Source: Candidatus Omnitrophota bacterium
GTDB lineage: Bacteria > Omnitrophota > Gorgyraeia > 2-01-FULL-45-10
DNA: 61,753 nt
Reading direction: 5' to 3'
NCBI GenBank assembly: GCA_043798375.1
Contig: JAZDOS010000038.1
Span: 1-61,753 of the forward strand
The position numbers and the translations under genes are program-made. Position 1 is the first letter of the stretch. Every line of letters begins with the position of its first letter. The notes beneath the pieces were generated by a model, which was given only the letters and a program-made list of their open reading frames with translations, did no database searches and was not told where the DNA came from. Positions 19,064 through 28,688 of this stretch are shown one piece after another.

Positions 19064-20072
19064 GCGGATTCTGATTATCAATGTCAACTGGATCGGAGAC
19101 GTCCTTTTCTCGACGCCGTTTATACGCGCCGTCCGGGAGGCGCATCCGGACGGCTATATCGCCTGCCTTCTCCATCCGCGATGCAGGGAGATGCTCGAGG
19201 ACAATCCGCGCCTGAACGAAATCATCGTCTATGACGAAGAGGGCGCGCATAAAAACCTCGCGGGGAAGATAAAGCTGATCGCCCGTTTGAGAAAGAAGAA
19301 TTTTGACACGGCATTTCTACTTCACAGGTCTTTTACCAAGGCGCTCGTCGCTAATCTTATGGGCGCGAAAAAGATAATAGGGTATCCGACGAAGAAGAGG
19401 GCAATTTTGCTTACCTCGCCGGTAGAGGAGCCGCAAGAGGAAACTCACAAGGTCGAATATTTTCTGAATATCGCTAGGTCCGCCGGCATAAGGCCCGGCA
19501 GCGTTTCGTATGAATTCTTCGTCAAAGACTCCGACAGGATTTTCGCCGAAAAGTTGCTGCGCTCGAACGGCATAGACGCGAAAGACAAAGTTGTCGTCCT
19601 TTGCCCGGGCGGAAACTGGGATCCGAAAAGGTGGCCGAAAGAGAATTTCGCGCATCTTGCCGACGAGCTCGCGGGCGAATTCGGAGTTAAGACAGTAATC
19701 TCCGGCACTGTCAGGGAAGCGGGCCTTGCCGAAGAGATAGCCGGTATGATGAAACACGCGCCTGTTATAATATGCGGTAAGACCACCTTAAAACAGCTGG
19801 CCGCGGTCTTCGAAAAGGCAAGCCTGGTGATAGCCAACGATACCGGCACGATGCACCTTGCCGTCGCGATGAAGGCGAGAACGATCGCGTTATTCGGCCC
19901 CACCTCGCCGAAGATAACAGGCCCTTACGGCGAAGGAAATTATAATGTGATATTTAAGAACGCTGCTTGCGACGTTCCGTGTTACGATATGGCCTGTACG
20001 GATAACAGGTGTATGGCCGCGATAACGGTTCAAGATGTATTTAAAAAGGCGGGAGAGGCGTTCAAACGATGA
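19056..20072 (+). CDS. waaF: LPS heptosyltransferase II-like (GT9)
   Basis: NWIGD, PKRWP, NDTGTMH, LFGPT. Confidence 0.8.
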   Translation: MSERILIINVNWIGDVLFSTPFIRAVREAHPDGYIACLLHPRCREMLEDNPRLNEIIVYDEEGAHKNLAGKIKLIARLRKKNFDTAFLLHRSFTKALVANLMGAKKIIGYPTKKRAILLTSPVEEPQEETHKVEYFLNIARSAGIRPGSVSYEFFVKDSDRIFAEKLLRSNGIDAKDKVVVLCPGGNWDPKRWPKENFAHLADELAGEFGVKTVISGTVREAGLAEEIAGMMKHAPVIICGKTTLKQLAAVFEKASLVIANDTGTMHLAVAMKARTIALFGPTSPKITGPYGEGNYNVIFKNAACDVPCYDMACTDNRCMAAITVQDVFKKAGEAFKR

Positions 20073-21046
20073 TCATCGACAAATCCGAAGTCAGGCGCAT
20101 GCTCGTCATAACCCTGAGTAATGTCGGCGATATAATCCTGACGACACCCGTCATACAAACGCTCGCAAAGACATTCCGCGAGGCAAGGATCGACGTGATG
20201 GTCGGCCCCGCGGGCGAGGAGATATTCGAGCGCGACCCAAACATCTTCAAAGTCATAATTTACGATAAACATCTCCCGATAGCCGAAAAACGCAGATTGC
20301 AGCTGAAGCTGAGAAAATTAAAATATGATCTCGTGGTCGATATCAGAAATACCGTATTTCCTCTTCTTATCGGCCCGAAGTACAGGACATCCGTTATTCA
20401 TAAATTCCCGCGCGCCAAGATCCACAGGAAGAAAAAACACCTCCATCTTTTAAAATCGCTTGGAATCGAGGAGTTCGAGGAGCGGTCTTATATCCATATT
20501 ACAAAGGAAGACGAGGAATATGTGGCGGGCCTTTTAAAGGATCGCGGCATAAAAGATCCGATAGTCGTGATAAACCCGGGCGCGAAGAGCCGCTTGAAGC
20601 GATGGACGGAGGAAGGTTTCGCCGTTTTCGCCGACAGGATCATATCGGAGTGCGAAGCAGATACCATATTCATCGGTTTAAGGGAGGATGAAGCGATAGT
20701 GAGCGGTATTACAGGCCGAATGAAGAATAAGGCGCACAGTTTCGTCAACAAGACCAATATCCGCCAGCTCGGAAGCCTTTTAAGGCGCGCGAAGCTTCTC
20801 GTTACGAATGACAGCGCGCCCCTCCACCTCGGATGCGCCGTTGGGACGAATGTTTTGGCGATATTCGGCCCTACCGACCCCGCCAAGTACGGGCCGACAG
20901 GCGAATTCGATACCGTTATAAAAAGAGAGCTCTCCTGCTCGCCGTGTGAGACGGCGGTATGCGCGCGCAATTATGAGTGTATGAAACTGATTACGCCGGA
21001 CGAAGTCTTCGACGCGGCGAAGGTGATGCTGGAGGGGTATGAATAG
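20069..21046 (+). CDS. GT9 family glycosyltransferase
   Basis: SNVGD, NPGA, KRW, NDSAPLH, IFGPT, CSPC. Confidence 0.85.
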   Translation: MIIDKSEVRRMLVITLSNVGDIILTTPVIQTLAKTFREARIDVMVGPAGEEIFERDPNIFKVIIYDKHLPIAEKRRLQLKLRKLKYDLVVDIRNTVFPLLIGPKYRTSVIHKFPRAKIHRKKKHLHLLKSLGIEEFEERSYIHITKEDEEYVAGLLKDRGIKDPIVVINPGAKSRLKRWTEEGFAVFADRIISECEADTIFIGLREDEAIVSGITGRMKNKAHSFVNKTNIRQLGSLLRRAKLLVTNDSAPLHLGCAVGTNVLAIFGPTDPAKYGPTGEFDTVIKRELSCSPCETAVCARNYECMKLITPDEVFDAAKVMLEGYE

Positions 21047-22112
21047 GATTACAGGGTGCAGGGTGCAGGGTGCAGGGTACAGAAAAATACTGATCGTGAG
21101 GCTCGACAGGATAGGGGATGTTTTGCTGTCGACGCCGGTGATCAAAAACTTAAGGGATGCGTATCCGAAAAGCTACATCGCTTTTCTGGTCAGGCCATAT
21201 GCCCGCGAGATTGTCCAGGGCAACCCCTATCTCGACGATGTTATCGTTTACGATAAGGCCGGCCGGGAAAAGGGCTTGCGCGGCAATTTAAAATTCATAC
21301 GTTATCTAAGAAAAAAGAAATTCGATATGGCGATAATACTTCATCCGACTAAGAGGGCGCATCTCGTCGCGTTCCTCGCCGGCATTCCCGTCCGGGTGGG
21401 ATATGACAGGAAATGGGGAATTCTGCTCACGAAGAGGATTCCCCATACAAAACAATCCGGTTTAAAGCATGAGATAGATTACACGCTCGACATTCTGCGG
21501 TATATAGGAGTAGAGCCGGAAGACAGGACGCTCTATATGCCGGTCGACACAGCTTGCGAAACCAGGGTCAGGGGTATGATGGGGGATGCGGGCATCACGG
21601 ATACCGATTTTTGCATCGCTATTAACCCCGGAGCAAGCTGCCCTTCGAAAAGATGGAAGACTATGAATTTCGCCAGGGCCGCGGATAGCCTGGCCAAAAC
21701 TTATAACGCGAAGATCCTGATTATATCGAGCGAAGAGGACAGGATGTTTGCCGGGGAAGTGGCCGCTCTCATGTCCAGGCCGCACGTCAACCTGGCGGGT
21801 AAGACCGGCATCGGAGACGTTGCGAGCGTATTGAGAAGGGTAAAGCTTTTCGTCTCGAACGATTCCGGGCCGGTCCATATCGCAGTCGCCGTCGGGACGC
21901 CGGTGATATCGATATTCGGCAGGTCCGACCGGGGGCTTTCGCCCGAGCGCTGGGGGCCGTCGGGTAAGCGCGACGTAGCGCTTCACAAGGATGCGGGCTG
22001 CGGCGCCTGCCTCGCGCACAACTGCCGGCGCGGTTTCAGGTGCCTCGATGCGATCACCGTCGACGACGTGCTCGCCGCGGCTGCGAAAATATTGGAGAGC
22101 AGGACTAATTAA
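21039..22112 (+). CDS. GT9 family glycosyltransferase
   Basis: DRIGD, NPGAS, KRW, NDSGPVH. Confidence 0.85.
   Translation: MNRITGCRVQGAGYRKILIVRLDRIGDVLLSTPVIKNLRDAYPKSYIAFLVRPYAREIVQGNPYLDDVIVYDKAGREKGLRGNLKFIRYLRKKKFDMAIILHPTKRAHLVAFLAGIPVRVGYDRKWGILLTKRIPHTKQSGLKHEIDYTLDILRYIGVEPEDRTLYMPVDTACETRVRGMMGDAGITDTDFCIAINPGASCPSKRWKTMNFARAADSLAKTYNAKILIISSEEDRMFAGEVAALMSRPHVNLAGKTGIGDVASVLRRVKLFVSNDSGPVHIAVAVGTPVISIFGRSDRGLSPERWGPSGKRDVALHKDAGCGACLAHNCRRGFRCLDAITVDDVLAAAAKILESRTN
21052..21079. repeat. In-frame heptamer tract (CAGGGTG)3 CAGGGTA
   Basis: Read directly; encodes TGCRVQGAGY at the GT9 N-terminus. Confidence 0.85.
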
Positions 22113-22142
22113 AAAACTTTAAAAAGAGGTGCCAGGCACCTT
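22104..22142. repeat. 39-bp dispersed repeat with AGGTGCC-A-GGCACCT palindrome (copy 2)
   Basis: 37/39 identical to 6571-6609. Confidence 0.85.
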
Positions 22143-22160
22143 GGGGAAAGGAAGGGCGGG

Positions 22161-23234
22161 GTGAAGATCGGACTGATAGGATTGCCGCAGGTAGGGAAGA
22201 AGACGCTTTTCGAACTCTTGACGCATCATAAGCCGTCGGAAAAGGAAGTTGCCTCCGGCAAGCCGATCAAGGGCGTAGTCGAGATAAAAGACCCGAGATT
22301 CGATAAGCTCGCCGCGTCCTACAAGCCGAAAAAAGAAGTGCGGGCGAGGATCGACATAGAGACGCTCCCCAGGATAGAAAAGGACACGATCGCCAAGGGC
22401 GAGATATTCTCCGACATAAACGAACTCGATGCCATATGCCACGTCGTAAGGAGCTTCAAAGATGATTCCGTATACCACGTCGACGGATCGGTCGACCCGA
22501 AGCGCGACATCGATTTCGTGAACGCCGAGCTCGTCCTGCACGACCTCATCTTTATCGAGAAGAGGATGGAGAGGCTCGAGAAGACGATAAAACAAACGAA
22601 GGAAGAGGCGGCGACTAAAGAAATGGAAGTTTTATCGAAACTGAAAGCGCATCTCGACAAGACGCTTCCCTTGAGGCTCATGGACATCGGCGCGGATGAT
22701 AAAAAACTTATTTCAAGCTATCCCTTTGTAACGCGGAAGGATATGATAGTAGTTCTTAATATATCAGAGGGCGACCTTAAAAAAACGGAACTTCCCGAAC
22801 AGCTGAAAAAGGAGCTTGGCCCGCTCAAAATAGACGTTATGCAGGTTTCCGCGAAAGTGGAGTCGGAGATCGCCGGCCTTGAATCGGAGGAAGAGAGAAA
22901 AGAGTTCCTGTCTTCTCTCGGCATAGAGGAGCCGGCTGTCAACGCCATGACGCGCGTCCTCCTGAAGGCCCTCGCCCTCATCTCTTTCTTTACTGTCGGC
23001 GAGGACGAAGTGAGGCAATGGACGGTGAGGCGCGGCTCTTCGGCTCCCGAAGCGGCAGGCGCGATACATTCGGACCTCGAAAAAGGTTTTATAAGAGCGG
23101 AGGTAATGAAGTATGAGGATTTGTCGGCGCTGGGCACGGAAAATAAAGTCAAGGAAGCGGGCAAGCTTTATCTCAAAGGTAAAGATTACATAGTCGAGGA
23201 CGGGGATATAATCAATATAAGGTTCAGCGTATAG
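22161..23234 (+). CDS. ychF: YchF-like ATPase (divergent G motifs)
   Basis: GLPQVGK, HVVRSF, SFFTVG, AGAIHSDLEKGFIRAEV, GKDYIVEDGD. Confidence 0.8.
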   Translation: MKIGLIGLPQVGKKTLFELLTHHKPSEKEVASGKPIKGVVEIKDPRFDKLAASYKPKKEVRARIDIETLPRIEKDTIAKGEIFSDINELDAICHVVRSFKDDSVYHVDGSVDPKRDIDFVNAELVLHDLIFIEKRMERLEKTIKQTKEEAATKEMEVLSKLKAHLDKTLPLRLMDIGADDKKLISSYPFVTRKDMIVVLNISEGDLKKTELPEQLKKELGPLKIDVMQVSAKVESEIAGLESEEERKEFLSSLGIEEPAVNAMTRVLLKALALISFFTVGEDEVRQWTVRRGSSAPEAAGAIHSDLEKGFIRAEVMKYEDLSALGTENKVKEAGKLYLKGKDYIVEDGDIINIRFSV

Positions 23235-23241
23235 AAACAGA

Positions 23242-23270
23242 TTGAAGCGCCGACGTTAATATGATAGGAT
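23242..23270 (+). promoter_or_regulatory. Putative sigma70 promoter
   Basis: TTGAAG-N17-TAGGAT with TGn extension; ATG 6 nt downstream. Confidence 0.4.
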
Positions 23271-23276
23271 TATAAC

Positions 23277-24113
23277 ATGAGAAAAATCATAATACTGCCG
23301 CTTATTATAGGCCTTACGTTCGGATTGTATGCCTGCGCCAAAAAACCTTCCGGTGATGACAGGGTGCTCGCCAGGGTAAGCAATAAATTTATCACCGTAA
23401 AAGATTTTAAAGCGAGGATAGCGAAGATACCTCCGTACTACCGGAATATAGTAGAGAAGGATAAGAAGAAATACCTGGACGAAGTGATGATACAGATGCT
23501 GTGTTACGAAGAGGCCGTAAGAGAGGGCATAGGCAGGGATAAGGAGATCCAGGAAGTAATCAATGAGGCCAGGAAAAAAATATTGATAGCGAAGCTTATC
23601 AAGGATGAAGTCGAGGACAGGATGAGCGTCTCCGAGGACGAAATAAGGAATTTTTTCGAAACGCATAGGGATGAATTTAAAGCACCGGAACTGTGGCGGG
23701 CGTCTCATATATTGGTAAATGATGAGAAAGAGGCTTCGGGGCTTGCGGACGAATTGGCCAGGGGCGCCTCCTTTGAAGACCTGGCGAGGAAGCATTCCAC
23801 CGACGCGACCGCAAGCCGCGGAGGCGACGTCGGGTATTTCAGGAGAGGCCAGGTTGTGCCGGATTTCGAAAAGGCGTGCATAAAGTTAAACGTGGGTGAG
23901 ACGAGCCCCATCATCCGGACACAATTCGGTTATCATATAATTAAACTCACCGACAGGAAAGATCCGGGGCTGCAGAATTATGAGGAAGCGAAGGGCTCCA
24001 TAGAGAACGAGCTGAAACGCAAAAAACGAAGCGACCTCTTCAACAAGCTCGTATTGAAGCTTAAGAGCAAATATGGCGTTGAGGTCAAGGAGGACGTATT
24101 CAATTCCTTATGA
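23277..24113 (+). CDS. Parvulin-type peptidyl-prolyl isomerase lipoprotein (PrsA/PpiC-like)
   Basis: Signal peptide with Cys; ASHILV, FEDLARKHS, GGDVG, TQFGYHIIK. Confidence 0.88.
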   Translation: MRKIIILPLIIGLTFGLYACAKKPSGDDRVLARVSNKFITVKDFKARIAKIPPYYRNIVEKDKKKYLDEVMIQMLCYEEAVREGIGRDKEIQEVINEARKKILIAKLIKDEVEDRMSVSEDEIRNFFETHRDEFKAPELWRASHILVNDEKEASGLADELARGASFEDLARKHSTDATASRGGDVGYFRRGQVVPDFEKACIKLNVGETSPIIRTQFGYHIIKLTDRKDPGLQNYEEAKGSIENELKRKKRSDLFNKLVLKLKSKYGVEVKEDVFNSL

Positions 24114-25063
24114 AAAAAATAGTCCTGACACAGTTAATTCTCGCGATGATCCTGGCGACAGCGTGCCTTTCGCGCGGCGAGGTCGTTGATAAAATAGCCA
24201 TAGTGGTAAACGACGAAATCATAACCGAGAGCGAAATCACCAGGTCGCTCCAGCCGGTATACGAGAAATACAGGGTTTTATACAGCCATGACAAGCTTTT
24301 CGCGAAACTCGAGGAGGCGAAGCAGAAGATAATCCAGCAGTTCATCGATGACAGGCTGATCCTGAGCGAAGCCAAAAAACTTAACGTTGAGGTCGACGAG
24401 CAGGAAGTGGATAAGAGGATAGACGACCTCATAAAACGCCTGGGCTCGAGGGCGGCGTTCGAAAGGACGCTCTCCGAACAGCGCATTACCCTGAGAGACC
24501 TGAAAACGCGCTACAGGGAACAGTTGATGACCAGAAAGCTTATAGACCAGGAGGTGGGGTCCAGGATAACGATAACCCCGATTGACATAACGAATTATTA
24601 TAACGAAAACACAGATGAATTCAGCCAGCCGGAAGAGATCAAGTTAAAAAATATTCTCATAAGCGTGAAAAATGACGCGGATTCGAAAAAAGCGGCGAAG
24701 CTTGCCCGGGATATTTCGAAGCGGCTTAAGGAAGGGTGCGATTTCGCAGGGCTGGCAAAGGTGTATTCGGCCGGCCCCGGCGCCTCAGAAGGCGGAGATA
24801 TGGGATACGTCAAAAAAGGCGACCTTATGCCCGAGATAGAGAAAGCCGTTTTTAATCTTAAAACGGGCGAGACGTCCGATATCATACAGACGAAACTTGG
24901 CTATCACATATTCATGGTGGAGGAGAAGAAGCCGGCTAGAACGCTTACAATTTCGGAAGCCAGGCGCGATATCGAGGAAGCGATATTCCGGGAAAAGATC
25001 AACCAGAAGGTCAGGGGATGGGTAGAGGGCTTAAAGAAGAATGCCTACATCGCGTTCAAATAA
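24110..25063 (+). CDS. surA: SurA-like chaperone/PPIase
   Basis: VDKIAIVVNDEIIT N-domain plus parvulin domain; surA-pdxA-rsmA synteny. Confidence 0.8.
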   Translation: MKKIVLTQLILAMILATACLSRGEVVDKIAIVVNDEIITESEITRSLQPVYEKYRVLYSHDKLFAKLEEAKQKIIQQFIDDRLILSEAKKLNVEVDEQEVDKRIDDLIKRLGSRAAFERTLSEQRITLRDLKTRYREQLMTRKLIDQEVGSRITITPIDITNYYNENTDEFSQPEEIKLKNILISVKNDADSKKAAKLARDISKRLKEGCDFAGLAKVYSAGPGASEGGDMGYVKKGDLMPEIEKAVFNLKTGETSDIIQTKLGYHIFMVEEKKPARTLTISEARRDIEEAIFREKINQKVRGWVEGLKKNAYIAFK

Positions 25064-26006
25064 GCCGTCTTTAGCGATAACGATGGGCGACCCTTCGGGC
25101 GTCGGGCCGGAGGTCACGCTGAAAAGTTTGGCAAGTCCGCGCGTTTTAGGGCTTGCCGATTTTTTGGTTATAGGCGACCGTTTTGTTATCGACCGGTGTA
25201 AAATCGACCTGGGCCTCGATCTCAAAGCCGATCTTCTCGACCTGTCGAACGTTCCCCGAAGATCGTTTTCCTACGGAAAGGTAAGCCCCGTATTCGGCAG
25301 GGCCTCGATGCAGTATATAGACGCCGCTCTTGACGTTATAGCGCGCCGCCGGGCCGGCGGGCTTATCACGGCGCCGATAAATAAAACTTCGGTCAAAGCG
25401 GCGGGTTTTAAAAATTTTCAGGGACACACGGAATATCTCGCGCAGGAAACCGGTATTGAAAAATTCGCCATGCTATTCGTGGGGCCGGCGCTAAAGGTCG
25501 CGCTCGTCACGCGCCACATTCCGTTAAAACGCGTCGCCGAAGAATTGAATAAAGACGCCGTTTATAACGCCATATCGCTTACACACAGATATTTAAAGCG
25601 TTACTTCCGCCTTAAGGCGCCGAGAATAGGCGTCATGGGCCTTAATCCTCATGCGGGCGAGGGAGGCTCATTCGGAGACGAGGAAAAGAGTGTCATATCA
25701 CCCGCCATAAGGAGGGCATCGCGTTCGATAAAAAATATTTTCGGGCCCCTGCCGGCCGATACCGCTTTTCACGACGCGCTGGATAAGAAGTACGATGCCC
25801 TGGTTGCCATGTACCACGACCAGGCGCTTACCGCCTTCAAGGCGCTCTATTTTAATAACGGTGTAAACATGACGCTCGGCCTTCCCTTTATAAGGACCTC
25901 TCCGGACCACGGCACAGCCTTCGACATAGCGGGCGGGGGCGCGGCAAATCCCGAGTCGATGATAGAGGCGATTATACTCGCCGCGCGCCTCGCCTCGAGA
26001 AAATAA
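25041..26006 (+). CDS. pdxA: 4-hydroxythreonine-4-phosphate dehydrogenase
   Basis: TMGDPSGVGPE, GHTE, LNPHAGE, MYHDQ, RTSPDHGTAFDIAG. Confidence 0.95.
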   Translation: MPTSRSNKPSLAITMGDPSGVGPEVTLKSLASPRVLGLADFLVIGDRFVIDRCKIDLGLDLKADLLDLSNVPRRSFSYGKVSPVFGRASMQYIDAALDVIARRRAGGLITAPINKTSVKAAGFKNFQGHTEYLAQETGIEKFAMLFVGPALKVALVTRHIPLKRVAEELNKDAVYNAISLTHRYLKRYFRLKAPRIGVMGLNPHAGEGGSFGDEEKSVISPAIRRASRSIKNIFGPLPADTAFHDALDKKYDALVAMYHDQALTAFKALYFNNGVNMTLGLPFIRTSPDHGTAFDIAGGGAANPESMIEAIILAARLASRK

Positions 26007-26007
26007 G

Positions 26008-26859
26008 ATGCTTACCAAAAGCCGCTTACTGGACGTATTTTCAAAATACAATTTCATGCCTCTTAAAAGGCTCGGCGGGAATTATCTCATCGACGGAAAC
26101 ATCAGGGACAAGATAATCCGCGAGTGCCGTCTCTCGAAATCCGATTCGGTTCTCGAGATAGGGCCGGGCCTGGGCGCCCTCACCATGGACCTGGCCGCAT
26201 CCGGCGCCCGGGTCTTTGCCGTCGAGATAGATAAGAAGGCATACGCGATATTGAACGAATTGGCCGGAGGCGATTATCCGAACCTTAAGATCTTCAACAA
26301 GGATATCTTGAAATTCGATCTTGAGAAGATCGCTCAAGGCGGCAGGATAAAAGTTGCGGGCAACATCCCTTATTACATAACTACCCCTATAATTGAATAT
26401 CTGATAAATAACAGGCATCTCCTGGAATCCGCCGTCATCATGGTCCAGAAGGAAGTTGCCAATCGCCTCCTGGCAGGCCCCGGTGAGAAAGATTACGGCT
26501 CCGTGAGCTGCTTCGTCCGGTATTTTACGCGTCCGGAATACATATATACGGTGAAGAGGGCCTCTTTTTTCCCGATGCCGGATGTCGATTCGAGCATCTT
26601 AAGGCTTACATTTCTTGATAAGCCGTCCGTATCCGTAAATGACGAAGAAAAATTTTTCAGGATCGTAAGGGGGTCTTTCAACCAGAGGCGAAAGTCTATC
26701 ATCAATTCGCTCGCCAGAGTCGAGGTCCTCGATATGCCGAAAGAGAAGTTGTCCGCTATTTTAAAGAGCGTCGGCATCGCGTCTTCCGCCCGCCCCGAAA
26801 CGCTCGGGATGATCCAATTCGCCGCCATCTCCAACGCCATTTCCCAGTCTCCCGATTGA
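26008..26859 (+). CDS. rsmA: 16S rRNA m6,2A dimethyltransferase
   Basis: EIGPGLG, NIPYYIT, MVQKEVA, QRRK. Confidence 0.95.
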   Translation: MLTKSRLLDVFSKYNFMPLKRLGGNYLIDGNIRDKIIRECRLSKSDSVLEIGPGLGALTMDLAASGARVFAVEIDKKAYAILNELAGGDYPNLKIFNKDILKFDLEKIAQGGRIKVAGNIPYYITTPIIEYLINNRHLLESAVIMVQKEVANRLLAGPGEKDYGSVSCFVRYFTRPEYIYTVKRASFFPMPDVDSSILRLTFLDKPSVSVNDEEKFFRIVRGSFNQRRKSIINSLARVEVLDMPKEKLSAILKSVGIASSARPETLGMIQFAAISNAISQSPD

Positions 26860-26884
26860 CAAAGGGTTATTCCTGTGGTAACTT
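26856..26884 (+). promoter_or_regulatory. Putative sigma70 promoter for gatCAB
   Basis: TTGACA-N17-TAACTT with TGn extension. Confidence 0.55.
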
Positions 26885-26905
26885 ATATTGAAACGGAAGG
26901 TTCGC

Positions 26906-27205
26906 GTGAAAACCATAGATAAAGCTGTCGTCAAACACGTTGCGCACCTGGCGCGGTTATCTTTAAACGATAAGGAGCTCGAAGCCTATTCCGGCCAATT
27001 AGCGGCTATTCTATCTTATATAAGCAAATTAAATGAAGTAGATACAAATAATGTCCCCCCGACCAGCCATGCCATTTCGACGCTTAAGAACGTATTTAGA
27101 ATTGACGCCTTAAAACCTTCTCTTAGCGCGGATGATGCGCTGGCTAACGCGCCTCAAAAAGAGGAAGGCTTCTTCAAGGTTCCTCAGGTCATAGAAGGCA
27201 AGTAG
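26906..27205 (+). CDS. gatC: Asp/Glu-tRNA amidotransferase subunit C
   Basis: VAHLARL, NAP, FFKVPQVI; GTG start 26906 preferred. Confidence 0.92.
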   Translation: MKTIDKAVVKHVAHLARLSLNDKELEAYSGQLAAILSYISKLNEVDTNNVPPTSHAISTLKNVFRIDALKPSLSADDALANAPQKEEGFFKVPQVIEGK

Positions 27206-27210
27206 ATGAA

Positions 27211-27258
27211 CCCCGTTAGACCTTTTAATATGTCTGGCGGGGAGGAGGTCTAACGGGG
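27211..27258. mobile_element. CCCCGTTAGA mini-element, copy 2 (48 bp)
   Basis: 13-bp TIR CCCCGTTAGACCT/AGGTCTAACGGGG; TGAA duplicated at 27207-27210 and 27259-27262. Confidence 0.85.
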
Positions 27259-28688
27259 TGAAAAATCTTTATTCGCTTACAGCTCACGCCCTTAAGGAAT
27301 TGATGGAAAAGGATCGTCTTCAACCTTCCAAAATCTCCGAGGACGTCTTCGGGCGCATCAAGGCTGTCGACGGGCGGGTAAAGGCGGTCGTGCGCGTAAA
27401 CAGGACAAAATCTTCAGGGGTGAAGGCCGGCGGCAGACTCTCCGGCCTACCCGTCCTTCTAAAAGATAATATATGCGAGAAGGGCGAAGAGACGACATGC
27501 GCCTCAAAGATACTGGCAGGTTTTAAACCTCCTTATAGCGCGACGGTCGTCAAAAAGCTCGAAGAGGCCGGCGCCGTCATTATAGGAAAGGCCAACATGG
27601 ATGAGTTCGCCTTCGGCTCTTCGTGCGAGACTTCCTGTTACGGGCCTACGAAAAATCCGTGGGATCTCGGCCGGATCCCGGGCGGCTCGAGCGGAGGCGC
27701 CGCGGCGGCGGTCGCGGCGGACGAGACGATCCTGGCGCTCGGTTCGGATACGGGCGGCTCGATCAGGCAGCCGGCCGCGTTGTGCGGAGTGGTGGGCTTG
27801 AAGCCTACGTATGGCCGCGTGTCGCGCTACGGACTGATCGCGTTCGCGTCAAGCCTCGACCAGATCGGCCCGATAACGAAGGATGTGGAAGACGCCGCGC
27901 TCCTATTAGGCGTTATCGCGGGCCACGATGAGATGGATTCCACATCAGTCGATAAAACTGTCCCCGATTACACCAAATCATTGATTAAAGATGTGAAAGG
28001 CCTGCGTATCGGCGTCCCCAAAGAATATTTTATCAAGGGAATCGACAAGGAAGTTGAGGCGCATGTTTTAAAGGGCATAGATATTCTTAAAAGTTTAGGC
28101 GCGAAAGTTACCGAAATATCCTTGCCTCACACGGAATATGCCGTTAGCGCGTATTATATCGTGGGCCCCGCCGAGGCGAGCTCAAACCTCGCGAGATTTG
28201 ACGGCGTCCAGTACGGTTTCAGGGCCGAAGACCCTGATAATATGATAGACATGTATGTCAAGACGCGCTCGGAAGGATTCGGGGACGAGGCGAAGAGAAG
28301 GATACTCCTCGGGACATACTGCCTGTCGACGGGATACTACGACGCTTATTACCTGAAGGCTCAGAAGGTAAGGACCAGGATCAAGGAAGATTTCGAGAAC
28401 GCGTTCAATGCCTGCGACTGCATAATTACGCCGACGACGCCCGCGCCGGCATTCAAGATCGGCGAGAAGATGAACGACCCTTTAAGCATGTACCTGTCCG
28501 ATATATTTACGATACCGGCTAACCTGGCGGGTATCCCGGGAATGTCGGTGCCGTGCGGTTTTTCGAAAGACGGGCTTCCGATAGGATTGCAGATACTCGC
28601 GAAACCTTTTGATGAAGAGACGATATTCAGGGCCGCTTATACATTTGAGCAGGCGACCGATCACCACAGGAAGAAACCGGAATTATGA
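27258..28688 (+). CDS. gatA: Asp/Glu-tRNA amidotransferase subunit A
   Basis: [30 protein letters not shown]; the GTG start is formed at the element junction. Confidence 0.96.
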   Translation: MKNLYSLTAHALKELMEKDRLQPSKISEDVFGRIKAVDGRVKAVVRVNRTKSSGVKAGGRLSGLPVLLKDNICEKGEETTCASKILAGFKPPYSATVVKKLEEAGAVIIGKANMDEFAFGSSCETSCYGPTKNPWDLGRIPGGSSGGAAAAVAADETILALGSDTGGSIRQPAALCGVVGLKPTYGRVSRYGLIAFASSLDQIGPITKDVEDAALLLGVIAGHDEMDSTSVDKTVPDYTKSLIKDVKGLRIGVPKEYFIKGIDKEVEAHVLKGIDILKSLGAKVTEISLPHTEYAVSAYYIVGPAEASSNLARFDGVQYGFRAEDPDNMIDMYVKTRSEGFGDEAKRRILLGTYCLSTGYYDAYYLKAQKVRTRIKEDFENAFNACDCIITPTTPAPAFKIGEKMNDPLSMYLSDIFTIPANLAGIPGMSVPCGFSKDGLPIGLQILAKPFDEETIFRAAYTFEQATDHHRKKPEL

